A stretch of 32,000 nucleotides of DNA from Nanobdellota archaeon (GCA_021813435.1 JAKAKR010000007.1:66857-98856); one strand, 5' to 3'. Shown: positions 17,379 through 26,355, numbered from the stretch's first letter. Notes: generated by a model not told the origin, from the letters alone. Made by a program: numbers and translations.

Positions 17379-18047
17379 TTACCTGATATGTCTGATCTCA
17401 CGGTATTGCATATTCATATCTGTAGTTCGTTCAAGCTCGCGAAGTTTGAGTGTTGTCTTGCGTAGAAGAATGCCTAATTTGAGATCAATATTCTTTAATA
17501 ATATCTCTTCTCTACTGATCAGATGGTTCTCTTCATGAAATATCGTGTCTAGTTGCGTATGCAGCAGAGTATTTTTAAGAACCTCGTCTCCTTTTTCTGC
17601 AATACCGAGCTGCTGTTCCCAAAGCGTTCCGGTGTTGTCCACAATTGTCAAGAGTTCACTAGTATCGTCACTCATCTCCCGCTCAACATTTTTGAGCTCA
17701 GTATCATCTTCACCCTTAGTGATATGCTTTAATTCATCCTTGATGTACTCTATCTCCTTTTTCTCATAATCATTGGCCCGTTCATCCTCATCAAACATGC
17801 CTTCAAGTTTTTTGATCTCTGTGGCAAGTTTATGCCATGATTCAGCATCAATTTTCTGGAGGAAAGCGTTATATGCAAGAATCTTCTGTTTGTGGTGGGA
17901 TTTCTTTTTCTGGAATGCCTCGATTGCTCCATCAAGCTTCTTATCAATATCGAGAAGTTTCGGCTCTTTTTCTTTATAGTACTTTAATGCATCCTTCTTG
18001 GTCTTAATCCCGAAGAACCCCTGGAATAAATGCTCTTGAATGCGCAT
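17379..18047 (-). CDS. coiled-coil hypothetical protein
   Basis: Lys/Glu-rich heptad-like sequence throughout. It ends 5 nt before the NTPase start, so co-transcription is likely. TATA-like TATAAAG (18071-18077) is upstream. Confidence 0.5.
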   Translation of the reverse strand: MRIQEHLFQGFFGIKTKKDALKYYKEKEPKLLDIDKKLDGAIEAFQKKKSHHKQKILAYNAFLQKIDAESWHKLATEIKKLEGMFDEDERANDYEKKEIEYIKDELKHITKGEDDTELKNVEREMSDDTSELLTIVDNTGTLWEQQLGIAEKGDEVLKNTLLHTQLDTIFHEENHLISREEILLKNIDLKLGILLRKTTLKLRELERTTDMNMQYREIRHIR

Positions 18048-18146
18048 AACCTTTAGAAGAATCGAAGTAATATAAAGATTTTACGCTTGAATATACTCCA
18101 CTTTAGAGTAGCTAAATCTATAAATAAATACGATTTTCCTATACCT

Positions 18147-18557
18147 ATGCCGCTTGTTGACCAGGTACAAAATTCAGATACGACCTATTCTTTGAAGCTA
18201 TTTATCGATAAGAATTATGAACATTCTGAACTTTTTGATTCCTCAACGCGAATAAATGAAGCAACTATCAAAAGTGCATGTTTTTCTGATCCATTTGGAT
18301 CATATAATCCCACCACTTTTGATAAGAAGAAGTTTAGTGCCAATGAACAAGGATGTTATCTTACTGTGAAAAGTAAGTTAGGTGTTGCCCCGTTTGGGCT
18401 CTACGGCCTCAGGGAACTGGAACAATTCAAAAAAATCACTAACACTCAGGATATTTCTTGCATCAAGAATATTCCCTGCATTGAGTATGCACGCGGCCAA
18501 ACAATATTCGCAATCGGCCTTATTGTAGATAAAAAAACAACTTTTTCTAAAGAATAG
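18147..18557 (+). CDS. hypothetical protein (136 aa)
   Basis: ATG 18147 lies about 20 nt after CTATAAATAAATA (18118-18130). The TTG 18087 of the ORF track is rejected. Low GC by spot count. No motif recognised. Confidence 0.4.
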   Translation: MPLVDQVQNSDTTYSLKLFIDKNYEHSELFDSSTRINEATIKSACFSDPFGSYNPTTFDKKKFSANEQGCYLTVKSKLGVAPFGLYGLRELEQFKKITNTQDISCIKNIPCIEYARGQTIFAIGLIVDKKTTFSKE

Positions 18558-18602
18558 TAAATAGATTACGCAAGAATGCGTATTGGCACTTTAGTAGTAT
18601 GC

Positions 18603-20390
18603 TTACTTGATATACCCGCCTTTCTGGATATTCCATAAGTTTTTGTATTCCCCTTTCTGCCGGATGAGCTGCTTATGGGTTCCTTCCTGGACAATTTTTC
18701 CGCGTTTGAGGATGATGATTTTGTCAGCACTCATGATTGTTGAGAGACGGTGGGCGATGATGATTGTGGTCCTGCCTTTCATGAGCCGCTTGAGCGCTGC
18801 TTGGATCTCCTGTTCTGTGCGTGAATCAAGCGCGCTGGTGGCTTCATCCAAGACCAGTATCTTTCTATTTGCAAGTATTGCACGCGCTATGGAAACCCGC
18901 TGCTTTTCGCCGCCGGATAATTTGACTCCCCGTTCACCTACTATGGTCTCTTCTTTATTGGGGAATTCTTTTATGATCTTATCCAGTTGCGCGAACCGTA
19001 TTGCATTCATGACTTCTTCACGAGTTGCATTCGGCCTTGAGAATGCGATATTATTATAGATCGTATCATCAAAGAGCACGCATTCCTGCGGGACAATGCT
19101 CATTTCTTCGCGCAGTGATTCCTGCTTGACATCCCGGATATCAATCCCATCAATGGTGATACTTCCCTTGTCAACGTCGTAGAGCCTGTACAGTAATTTA
19201 ACCATGGTCGACTTTCCTGACCCTGAATGACCGACAAGAGCAATCTTTTGATCGCGGTTGATTTTGAGGTTGAAATCGTTGAAGATCCTGCGCTTCCCGT
19301 AATGGAATGTGACATGGTCAAATGCCACTGCGCCATGTCTGATCTGCAATGGCTTTGCGTGGGGTTTATCCTTGACTTCCTGCTCAATCTTGTTGTACTC
19401 AAAGAGCGATTCAAAATCTGCCATGACAATATAATACTCTCGCATTGAAGAGACGAACCTGAAGAGTGGATCAACGACTCCGCCATATAATGTATAGATG
19501 AGTACGAGTGTTCCCAGGCTTAATTCGTGGTTGAGGAATTTTACGAGCGGGAAATAGATGACAAAGAATGTCCCTATCGCAACAATAAGGCTCTGCCCTG
19601 CATCAATCCAACGGTAATAGTTCCAGCTCTTGACAGTGATCTTTTTGGTGTCTTCACTGATTGTTGCATACCTTTTCTTGACATAATCTTCTTTGCCGAA
19701 GTGTTTGATGGAATCAATATTCGTGAACATGTCTGCAATGACTCCTTTCTCATAATCCTCTGCATCATTAGCCTGCAGGCTTGAGGGTTCCCTTATCTTC
19801 TGGAATATGAAACTATAGCAGACAAAGACTGCTGCAGTGATAAGGATGACTATGGCGCTTGTCATGTCAAAATACGCAAGACTCACGGTAACAATGATGA
19901 TCTGGAATATGATCGGCGCTACGGAAAATACAATAAGATCAGTCATGCGCTCGATTGCACGTCCCCCGCGGGTAAGCCGCGAGATCATTGAACCGGTCCG
20001 GTGCGTAGTGTGGAATGCGTGGGAGAGTGTGACAATATGATTGAAGAATTTTCGTTTGAGATCTACGATAAGTTCTCCTTCGAGCTTATTGAGGTAATGG
20101 AGATGCAGCCATTTGACTATGGACTTGAGGATATTGAGCCCGATATAGATTGCGGCAACAATGAAGAGTATATGCATGAATGTGTCTGCGGTTGAGCTTC
20201 CTGCGACAAATGCAGTCCCCCCATCAACTATTGCCTTAAAGAGGAATCGGGTGCTGGTATTCACTGCCTCATTGATGAGGATGAGTATGATGACTAGCGT
20301 AAACCACCACTTATAATTCTTCAATAGTCCAAAATAGATTTGAAGGTTGTACTTGAAATCTATCCGTTCAGGTTTTTCAGTCATGTGCAT
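18603..20390 (-). CDS. ABC exporter, fused permease/ATPase (MsbA/type I exporter-like)
   Basis: Six-helix N-terminal TMD. Walker A GHSGSGKST, signature LSGGEKQR, Walker B ILVLDEATSALD and an H-loop IAHRL. Confidence 0.9.
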   Translation of the reverse strand: MHMTEKPERIDFKYNLQIYFGLLKNYKWWFTLVIILILINEAVNTSTRFLFKAIVDGGTAFVAGSSTADTFMHILFIVAAIYIGLNILKSIVKWLHLHYLNKLEGELIVDLKRKFFNHIVTLSHAFHTTHRTGSMISRLTRGGRAIERMTDLIVFSVAPIIFQIIIVTVSLAYFDMTSAIVILITAAVFVCYSFIFQKIREPSSLQANDAEDYEKGVIADMFTNIDSIKHFGKEDYVKKRYATISEDTKKITVKSWNYYRWIDAGQSLIVAIGTFFVIYFPLVKFLNHELSLGTLVLIYTLYGGVVDPLFRFVSSMREYYIVMADFESLFEYNKIEQEVKDKPHAKPLQIRHGAVAFDHVTFHYGKRRIFNDFNLKINRDQKIALVGHSGSGKSTMVKLLYRLYDVDKGSITIDGIDIRDVKQESLREEMSIVPQECVLFDDTIYNNIAFSRPNATREEVMNAIRFAQLDKIIKEFPNKEETIVGERGVKLSGGEKQRVSIARAILANRKILVLDEATSALDSRTEQEIQAALKRLMKGRTTIIIAHRLSTIMSADKIIILKRGKIVQEGTHKQLIRQKGEYKNLWNIQKGGYIK

Positions 20391-20546
20391 TTCACCTGTG
20401 GAACAGTCTACTGGCTAATCGCAGATATATATTAAGAACGAATCCGCTGTTTATATACCTTTCTATTCACGTACCGGAGGTTTTCCGATTGTAGAAATGT
20501 GTGCGTCTAGCGATTTTCTAACTATTTTGATACTTATCTGGCGCAG

Positions 20547-21266
20547 TTATGGGGCAAGATTATAGTTTACTGTCATAGTTCCCCAACTTTCATTATAGAC
20601 AATATCCTTGAATGATTCATTCGTTCGTTTCTGGGTTGTGACTGACGCATTAATATTAAACTTTGGGGTCGGCGTCCAGGTCATTCCTACTGTTCCTGCG
20701 ATACTGCTTATCCCTTTTTGATTGCAGAAATAATTGTCAAGGTATATTGCCTCGATTCTTCCTGAGACACTGATGTTCTCTGTGAGTTTGACATCTTTTG
20801 AGGCTCCTACAATGCCCATGGCTCCCTCTCCTGAATCCTTTCCGAAAACTTTTCCTGCTTTGTAGGAAAGATCGACAGCTGTACCGGTGATTCCCCCTTC
20901 AACCATAACTTCAATGGCATCCCCCATTGTTGAGTTGGGGAAAGCATAATATGCAACTGCAGGATTAAACGTGAATGTGGCGTCGCCTACCTCTGTACTC
21001 TGGTTTTTCTTGATCTTGAAATCTGTTTCTACAAGTCTGGTATTATTGATATCATAATTTGTCCAGATGGATCCTGTGATATCGCTTTTGTTTACTTCAG
21101 CATAGAGTTGACTCATCGGCTTACTTTCAAAATTCATTCCATAAAACATGTTCTTGCTAATGAAGGTATTGCTGAGATTTGCAGAAGTTTCTTGCGCGTA
21201 TGCTTTTCCAAATCCAATGGCATAGAGCATGGTGGCTATGAGTGCGATTTTTCGGAGTGTTTTCAT
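20547..21266 (-). CDS. secreted beta-strand-rich protein, barrel-like
   Basis: Signal peptide MKTLRKIALIATMLYAIGFGKAYA-QE. The protein is rich in Gly/Thr/Asn/Tyr, with alternating hydrophobic strands (ATFTFNPAVAYYAF, VSGRIEAIYLDNYF, IAGTVGMTWTPT, WGTMTVNYNL). Confidence 0.5.
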   Translation of the reverse strand: MKTLRKIALIATMLYAIGFGKAYAQETSANLSNTFISKNMFYGMNFESKPMSQLYAEVNKSDITGSIWTNYDINNTRLVETDFKIKKNQSTEVGDATFTFNPAVAYYAFPNSTMGDAIEVMVEGGITGTAVDLSYKAGKVFGKDSGEGAMGIVGASKDVKLTENISVSGRIEAIYLDNYFCNQKGISSIAGTVGMTWTPTPKFNINASVTTQKRTNESFKDIVYNESWGTMTVNYNLAP

Positions 21267-21348
21267 ATCTTGAGAAAAAACAAACTTCTATATAAAATTT
21301 TCTATTTTTTTGTCACTTTACAGGGGTTACAAAACAATGTTTGTATTG

Positions 21349-23106
21349 TCACTGTTCCCGGTACATATCTTCTACTTGTCCGAGTGTGGAGCATGAATCT
21401 GGTTTGCGATCATCACGGACGCGCACCAGTCGTGGGAAACGGAGCGCGTATCCTGAACTATAAGACGGACTTTTCTGGATTTCTTCAAACGCGATCTCTA
21501 CAACTACGTGCGGCTTAATGATGATCTCGCGTCCTTTTTCGTTTTTGATGTGCGGCTTCAATAATGTCGTTAGTTCATCAAAACTCGTTCCTTCCTCTGA
21601 TTTTTCCTTGACTCCTGTCCCAAATTTTCCTATTTCGAGAAATTCATCAGTATCAGGATCGTAGACTGCAAGCACAAATGAGCTGATCCATCCGCTACGC
21701 TTTCCCTCACCCCATTCTCCGCCGACAATGACTAAGTCAAGTGTTTCCATGACCGGCTTCATCTTGATCATGTAGCCGACGCGGGAGCCGGGCTTATACG
21801 GCGCGGTGAGCGTCTTGAACATGATGCCTTCGTTGCCTGCATTCAATGATTGTTGATAGAATGCATTCGCTTTTTTTTCATCATCTGTTGTGATCTGCAC
21901 TGCAAGATTGATATGGAATGCTTTAGTCGTGATGATCTTTTCAATAATTTTTCTGCGCTCATTAAATGGAACGTTAATAGTGCTTTTCCCGTCATAATAC
22001 AGGATGTCGAAAATATTGAGTTCAACAGGGACATCCTTTGCCACTTCCTCAATATCATACTTGCGCTTGATGCGTTGTGAAATATTCTGGAATGGGACAT
22101 ACTTTTTAGTCTGAGGATCATATCCGACTGCCTCACCATCAATGATGCATGAATGGCAATGCACATTTGCCTTGACAAGTTTTGCAACCTCAGGAAACTG
22201 CGCGGTAACATTCTCGAGCCTGCGTGTGTGGATAGTGATGCTCTCGCCCTGTTTTCCGATGAGCATCCGGAATCCGTCATATTTGTATTCGAGTGCCGCA
22301 GGTTTTCCGACACGCTCAAATGCCTCAGCAGTATTCTTGACTTTCTGCGCAAGCATGACCTTGACCGGCTTGAGCGGATCCAATTCCAGCTCTCCGAGTT
22401 TTTCAAGTCCTTGCGCAAATACAATTTTTGCGATCTCTGCATAATCATTTGTGATATCATATGCTTCCTGTATCTTATCACGGATCTTTGCAAGCTCAGT
22501 GTCCTTACCAAAGAATATGCTCTCATTTTCCGCAGCAATATTCACACTATTCATCTTTTCATAATAGCCCCAGGCGATTGCATCGCGCAGTGTCCCCTCG
22601 CCAAGGCCGATGCGCAGATCCTCGAGGAGGAGTCGCGTGATATATTTTGCCTCGCTGGATTTTGCGCTCGTGAGCAGTTCAGCGATCATCTTCAGTTTCA
22701 GATCAGTTGAGCCAGTCCCCTCGATATCTGCAAGCTTGCGGATAGTGGCATAGACCTTATCGCAGGTCAAATCGCTGCTAAAGAGCGTATGCTGCCGTTT
22801 GCGCTTTACAATATCATGGGCGGTCTCACCCAGGTCGCCAGTCTTCTTCCAGTTCCTCTCAATCTCATCCGCAGGGATACCTGTTGCAGTGTTGAGTGCC
22901 TTCACGACGAGCTTTGAAGCGATGCCTATCTTCTTGTCCTCATACTTTGGAAAGACAAGTCCCTGCAATAATAAGACGACTTTCTCAATCTCTTTTGGTG
23001 GGCACTCCTTCAAGAAATCCGCGATGATCTTAGTCTTTTCAATACGCTTGGTCGTTGATTCAAGCTGTTCATAGACCTTAGCCAAATCGAGATAATCCAT
23101 AATCAA
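21349..23106 (-). CDS. lig: ATP-dependent DNA ligase
   Basis: Adenylation motif EYKYDGFR, with EGIMFK and LDLVIVG motifs. 585 aa, typical for an archaeal Lig1-type enzyme. Confidence 0.95.
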   Translation of the reverse strand: MIMDYLDLAKVYEQLESTTKRIEKTKIIADFLKECPPKEIEKVVLLLQGLVFPKYEDKKIGIASKLVVKALNTATGIPADEIERNWKKTGDLGETAHDIVKRKRQHTLFSSDLTCDKVYATIRKLADIEGTGSTDLKLKMIAELLTSAKSSEAKYITRLLLEDLRIGLGEGTLRDAIAWGYYEKMNSVNIAAENESIFFGKDTELAKIRDKIQEAYDITNDYAEIAKIVFAQGLEKLGELELDPLKPVKVMLAQKVKNTAEAFERVGKPAALEYKYDGFRMLIGKQGESITIHTRRLENVTAQFPEVAKLVKANVHCHSCIIDGEAVGYDPQTKKYVPFQNISQRIKRKYDIEEVAKDVPVELNIFDILYYDGKSTINVPFNERRKIIEKIITTKAFHINLAVQITTDDEKKANAFYQQSLNAGNEGIMFKTLTAPYKPGSRVGYMIKMKPVMETLDLVIVGGEWGEGKRSGWISSFVLAVYDPDTDEFLEIGKFGTGVKEKSEEGTSFDELTTLLKPHIKNEKGREIIIKPHVVVEIAFEEIQKSPSYSSGYALRFPRLVRVRDDRKPDSCSTLGQVEDMYREQ

Positions 23107-23160
23107 GTCATGATGAGGGATTTTAAAAAGGTTGTTCTTTACGTCGGTCGCATCTTTCTT

Positions 23161-23523
23161 CTATCGTTTCCGGAACACAAAGAGCCCGATGATATAGCTG
23201 ATGGCAAGGATTGCAAGTGCAAGTACGGGTGATTTGAGTATGGATATTCCTGCAGCAAATGCAAGCAGGACAAGCATCCCGCCGAGGATTCCGCCTTTGT
23301 GATAAATGGAAAGCAGTGTGATAATGGTCGTGACTGTAAAAAATATGGGGAGGACAACAAACGCAGTGTGGATCCACGGATGCAGATTATCAAGATAATA
23401 TTTGAGGAAATTAAATACTTCATCCTGCGGGTTGATGCCGATTGCAAGCCAGAGTCCATTCAGAAATCCGAAACTGATGACAAATACGTATGCAAGACTT
23501 TTTTTTGATGTCTTTTTTTTCAT
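23161..23523 (-). CDS. small membrane protein (120 aa, about 4 TM)
   Basis: ATG 23523 (MKKKTSKKS...) is followed by four hydrophobic segments. The upstream extension to 23601 lacks support. Confidence 0.45.
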   Translation of the reverse strand: MKKKTSKKSLAYVFVISFGFLNGLWLAIGINPQDEVFNFLKYYLDNLHPWIHTAFVVLPIFFTVTTIITLLSIYHKGGILGGMLVLLAFAAGISILKSPVLALAILAISYIIGLFVFRKR

Positions 23524-23536
23524 TTGAGGAATACTA

Positions 23537-23671
23537 TTGATGTTTGCGCATTGATGGCAATGGCCATCGCTCGCATTTTTTTGGTGTTGCCGCGGGAACA
23601 ATTCGTCACTTGGAATTCTACGAATTTTTCGTGAGGAATAATCGTTGATGCTCGCACATGGATGGCAATTG
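23537..23671. repeat. 27-nt imperfect direct repeats flanking a 7-bp inverted repeat in a divergent intergenic region
   Basis: TTGATGTTTGCGCATTGATGGCAATGG (23537-23563) and TTGATGCTCGCACATGGATGGCAATTG (23645-23671) match at 22/27 positions. AATTCGT (23600-23606) and ACGAATT (23620-23626) lie between them. Confidence 0.6.
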
Positions 23672-23746
23672 TGATGCTTGGATATATGGAGTGTAGTAAG
23701 AATATTTATAAATCATTGGATTCATGGAACTATCCTGGTGGTTACT

Positions 23747-25081
23747 ATGAGTTATGAATGGCTTGTCTTTATTATACTCCTCATGCTTTCTGCATTCTTT
23801 TCCGGATTTGAGAGTGCAATACTTTCCCTGCGCCTGTCACGTATCCGCGAACTCGTGAAAAAGCGCGTCCATAATGCAAAGCTGGTCGAAAAACTCAAGG
23901 AGGATCAGCACGCGACACTGATCACGCTTCTTATCGGCAATAATATCGTCAACATTTCTGCATCAGCGCTCGCGACAAAGATGGCATTTGATTTTGCTTC
24001 GCACTACTCGATCGAGGCAGGGTATATCATCGCCATCGCGACCGGTGTCATGACCTTTATCCTCCTTGTTTTTGGTGAGATCACTCCGAAGACTTTTGCA
24101 GTGCGCAAGGCAGAGAAATTCGCACTCAAGAGTGCAAGATTCTTCAACTTCTTTCGCATCATCTTCAAGCCGTTCGCTGTTGTTTTTGAGGGCATTGCGT
24201 CATTAATCCTGCGATTCTTTGGCGCTTCAAAACAGGAATCCGGATTCTACACCACGGGTGAATTGCGCGAATTCGTCGAGATGAGCCATGAGAAAGGAAC
24301 GCTGCGCGAGTCAGAAAAAGAGATGATCCACAACATCCTCAATTTCAATGACATCCTTGTCCGTGAGATCATGAAGCCCCTGGGTGACGTGGTTGCAGTC
24401 GAGGCAAGTATGACCCTTGCAGAATTTTCCGAGACTGTCGGCAAGGACAATTTCTCACGGATCCCGGTCTATGAGAAACATATCGAGGATATCGTCGGAG
24501 TCGTCTATCTTAAGGATATCCTGCCCTATCTCAAGCGGGGAGAGACGCAGGTCAGGATGCGCGAGATCATGCGCAGGATCGCCCATGTCCCTGCGGTAAA
24601 AAAGATCGGGACGCTCTTCCATTATTTCAAGAATAAAAAGGAGCATATCGCAGTTGTCGTCAATGAATTCGGCAACACCTTAGGTATTGTCACGATGGAG
24701 GATGTGCTTGAGGAACTGGTCGGTGAGATTCAGGATGAATATGACGATGAAAGTGAGAATAATATTAAGGTTGTCGACAAATACACGATCATCGCCCCGG
24801 GGAGCATCAATATTGATGACGTCAATGAGATGCTTGCGATAAAGATTGACGACAAGGAAGGGACCTATCAGACTATTGCAGGATACATCTTTTATCAGTC
24901 GGGAAAAATCCCGAAAACCGGTACAGTCCTGAACATTGGCCCGGTGACCATAACGATCATTGATGCGACACACAAGAAGATAAACAAGGTCAAGATCGAG
25001 AAGAATATGACCTCGAATATCTCCCAGTTCAAGAAAGATCTTGTGGAATCGGCTTCTGCAAGGCATGCACGCAAAGAGTGA
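23747..25081 (+). CDS. CNNM/CorC/HlyC-family transporter (DUF21 + CBS pair + CorC_HlyC)
   Basis: N-terminal DUF21 TM helices (FFSGFESAILSL), GEITPK, a CBS pair region (VREIMKP..., VVNEFGNTLGIVTMEDVLEELVGEI) and a C-terminal CorC domain. TATA TTTATAAA lies at 23705-23712. Confidence 0.85.
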   Translation: MSYEWLVFIILLMLSAFFSGFESAILSLRLSRIRELVKKRVHNAKLVEKLKEDQHATLITLLIGNNIVNISASALATKMAFDFASHYSIEAGYIIAIATGVMTFILLVFGEITPKTFAVRKAEKFALKSARFFNFFRIIFKPFAVVFEGIASLILRFFGASKQESGFYTTGELREFVEMSHEKGTLRESEKEMIHNILNFNDILVREIMKPLGDVVAVEASMTLAEFSETVGKDNFSRIPVYEKHIEDIVGVVYLKDILPYLKRGETQVRMREIMRRIAHVPAVKKIGTLFHYFKNKKEHIAVVVNEFGNTLGIVTMEDVLEELVGEIQDEYDDESENNIKVVDKYTIIAPGSINIDDVNEMLAIKIDDKEGTYQTIAGYIFYQSGKIPKTGTVLNIGPVTITIIDATHKKINKVKIEKNMTSNISQFKKDLVESASARHARKE

Positions 25082-25099
25082 ATAGTTGTGCCTCTGGCT

Positions 25100-25245
25100 C
25101 TGGAGAAATTCTCGCTTTGCTCGCAGTCGCCATTCGCATTCCTTATCATGATTTGAAGAAAATGTTCACCATTTGCAATTCTGTGAACATTTTGAGAGGG
25201 TTGTCTTAAAGATGCTCATCTTAAGGCGACTAACATTTTCTCCAG
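25100..25245. other. candidate replication origin core: ORB-like inverted repeats upstream of cdc6
   Basis: CTGGAGAAA (25100-25108) is the reverse complement of TTTCTCCAG (25237-25245). AAAATGTTCAC (25159-25169) is the reverse complement of GTGAACATTTT (25183-25193). TGAAGAAAATGTT (25154-25166) versus the reverse complement of 25233-25246 (TGGAGAAAATGTT) differs at one base. Confidence 0.45.
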
Positions 25246-25264
25246 CACCTGTGCTTCCACAATG

Positions 25265-25272
25265 TTTATAAA
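25265..25272 (+). promoter_or_regulatory. TATA box of cdc6
   Basis: TTTATAAA lies 21 nt upstream of ATG 25294, a leaderless-type arrangement. Confidence 0.6.
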
Positions 25273-25293
25273 GTTCTTTTATTTCTGAAAATC

Positions 25294-26355
25294 ATGGGGA
25301 TGTACGACGATTTATTGAAGCATGATGAATCATTATTCAAGAATGAGTATGCACTCGACTACGCATTTCTCCCTAAGCGCATCCCTTACCGCGAATCGCA
25401 GCAGAAATTTCTTGCGACCTGCATTCGACCGCTCCTTGCAGACCATAATGGCAGGAACGTCTTTGTGCATGGACCGCCCGGGGTCGGAAAGACTGCGGCA
25501 TTGCGCCATCTCATAAAGGAACTTGAGGAAAGCGACCAATTCGCAGACAAGCTTGAACTCATCTATGTCAATTGCTGGCACAAGAATACGACCTACAAGG
25601 TTGTGCTGGAATTATGCGACGCTGTGGGATATGCATTCACGCAGAACAAGAATACTGAGGATCTCTTCAAGATCGTGAGCCAGATCATCAACAAGAAATC
25701 CGCGATATTCATCTTTGACGAGATCGATAAGGCAGAGGATACGGATTTTCTCTATATTCTCTCAGAAGTCATCTACAAGAAAAGCATATTCCTCGTGACT
25801 AATTACAAGTCATGGATACTCGAACTTGATGATCGGATACGCTCGCGACTCCTTTTGGAGCAGGTCGAATTTCCGCAGTATACTGAAGATGAGATGCGCG
25901 GGATATTGCAGGAACGCATTTCTTATGCCTTTACCGAGGATTGCGTTGATGCAGATGCATTGCAGCTCATTGCGCATAAGGCTGCAGAATTCAAGGATAT
26001 CCGCATCGGACTCTTTATGCTGCGCGAGGCAGGATTCATTGCTGAGGAGAAGGCATCGCGACGAATCACACTCATGCATGCGCAGCGTGCAATTGAAAAA
26101 CTTGCACAATTCTCTATCAAGAATACTGATGAACTGGATGATGAATCAAAATCAATCCTGAAAATAATCCGCGACAATTCCGGACTCAAGATCGGTGATC
26201 TCTATAAAGTCTATGAGAAGACCGGCGGCAAGATTTCTTACAAGACATTCCAGCGCAAGATTGCAAAGCTTGACGAGGGCCGGTTCATCTCGCTCGAGCG
26301 CCAATTCGCCGGCGGAAACACAACCATTGTGAACAAGAAACTGACTGAGTATTGA
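25294..26355 (+). CDS. cdc6: Orc1/Cdc6 replication initiator
   Basis: Walker A HGPPGVGKTA, Walker B IFIFDEIDK and a C-terminal winged helix. N-terminal LDYAFLPKRIPYRESQ is typical for Orc1/Cdc6. Confidence 0.95.
   Translation: MGMYDDLLKHDESLFKNEYALDYAFLPKRIPYRESQQKFLATCIRPLLADHNGRNVFVHGPPGVGKTAALRHLIKELEESDQFADKLELIYVNCWHKNTTYKVVLELCDAVGYAFTQNKNTEDLFKIVSQIINKKSAIFIFDEIDKAEDTDFLYILSEVIYKKSIFLVTNYKSWILELDDRIRSRLLLEQVEFPQYTEDEMRGILQERISYAFTEDCVDADALQLIAHKAAEFKDIRIGLFMLREAGFIAEEKASRRITLMHAQRAIEKLAQFSIKNTDELDDESKSILKIIRDNSGLKIGDLYKVYEKTGGKISYKTFQRKIAKLDEGRFISLERQFAGGNTTIVNKKLTEY

Noticed and set aside
21843-22710. 231-aa, 185-aa and 100-aa ORFs overlapping the DNA ligase gene
   Set aside because: These are alternate-frame or antisense shadow ORFs inside a confidently identified gene. 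They have low-complexity Ser/Arg-rich translations and no motifs.
23123-23459. Cys/His-rich 84-aa and 106-aa ORFs
   Set aside because: These are alternative frames of the small membrane-protein gene, which has coherent TM helices in its own frame. They have no start-site support.
3896-25240. Recurrent AAAATGTT / AACATTTT motif (4112-4119, 15251-15258, 25159-25166, 25186-25193, 25233-25240) as a shared regulatory word
   Set aside because: The same 8-mer also occurs inside coding sequence (3896-3903), and in AT-rich DNA its chance frequency is not negligible. I retain it only as part of the cdc6-upstream repeats.
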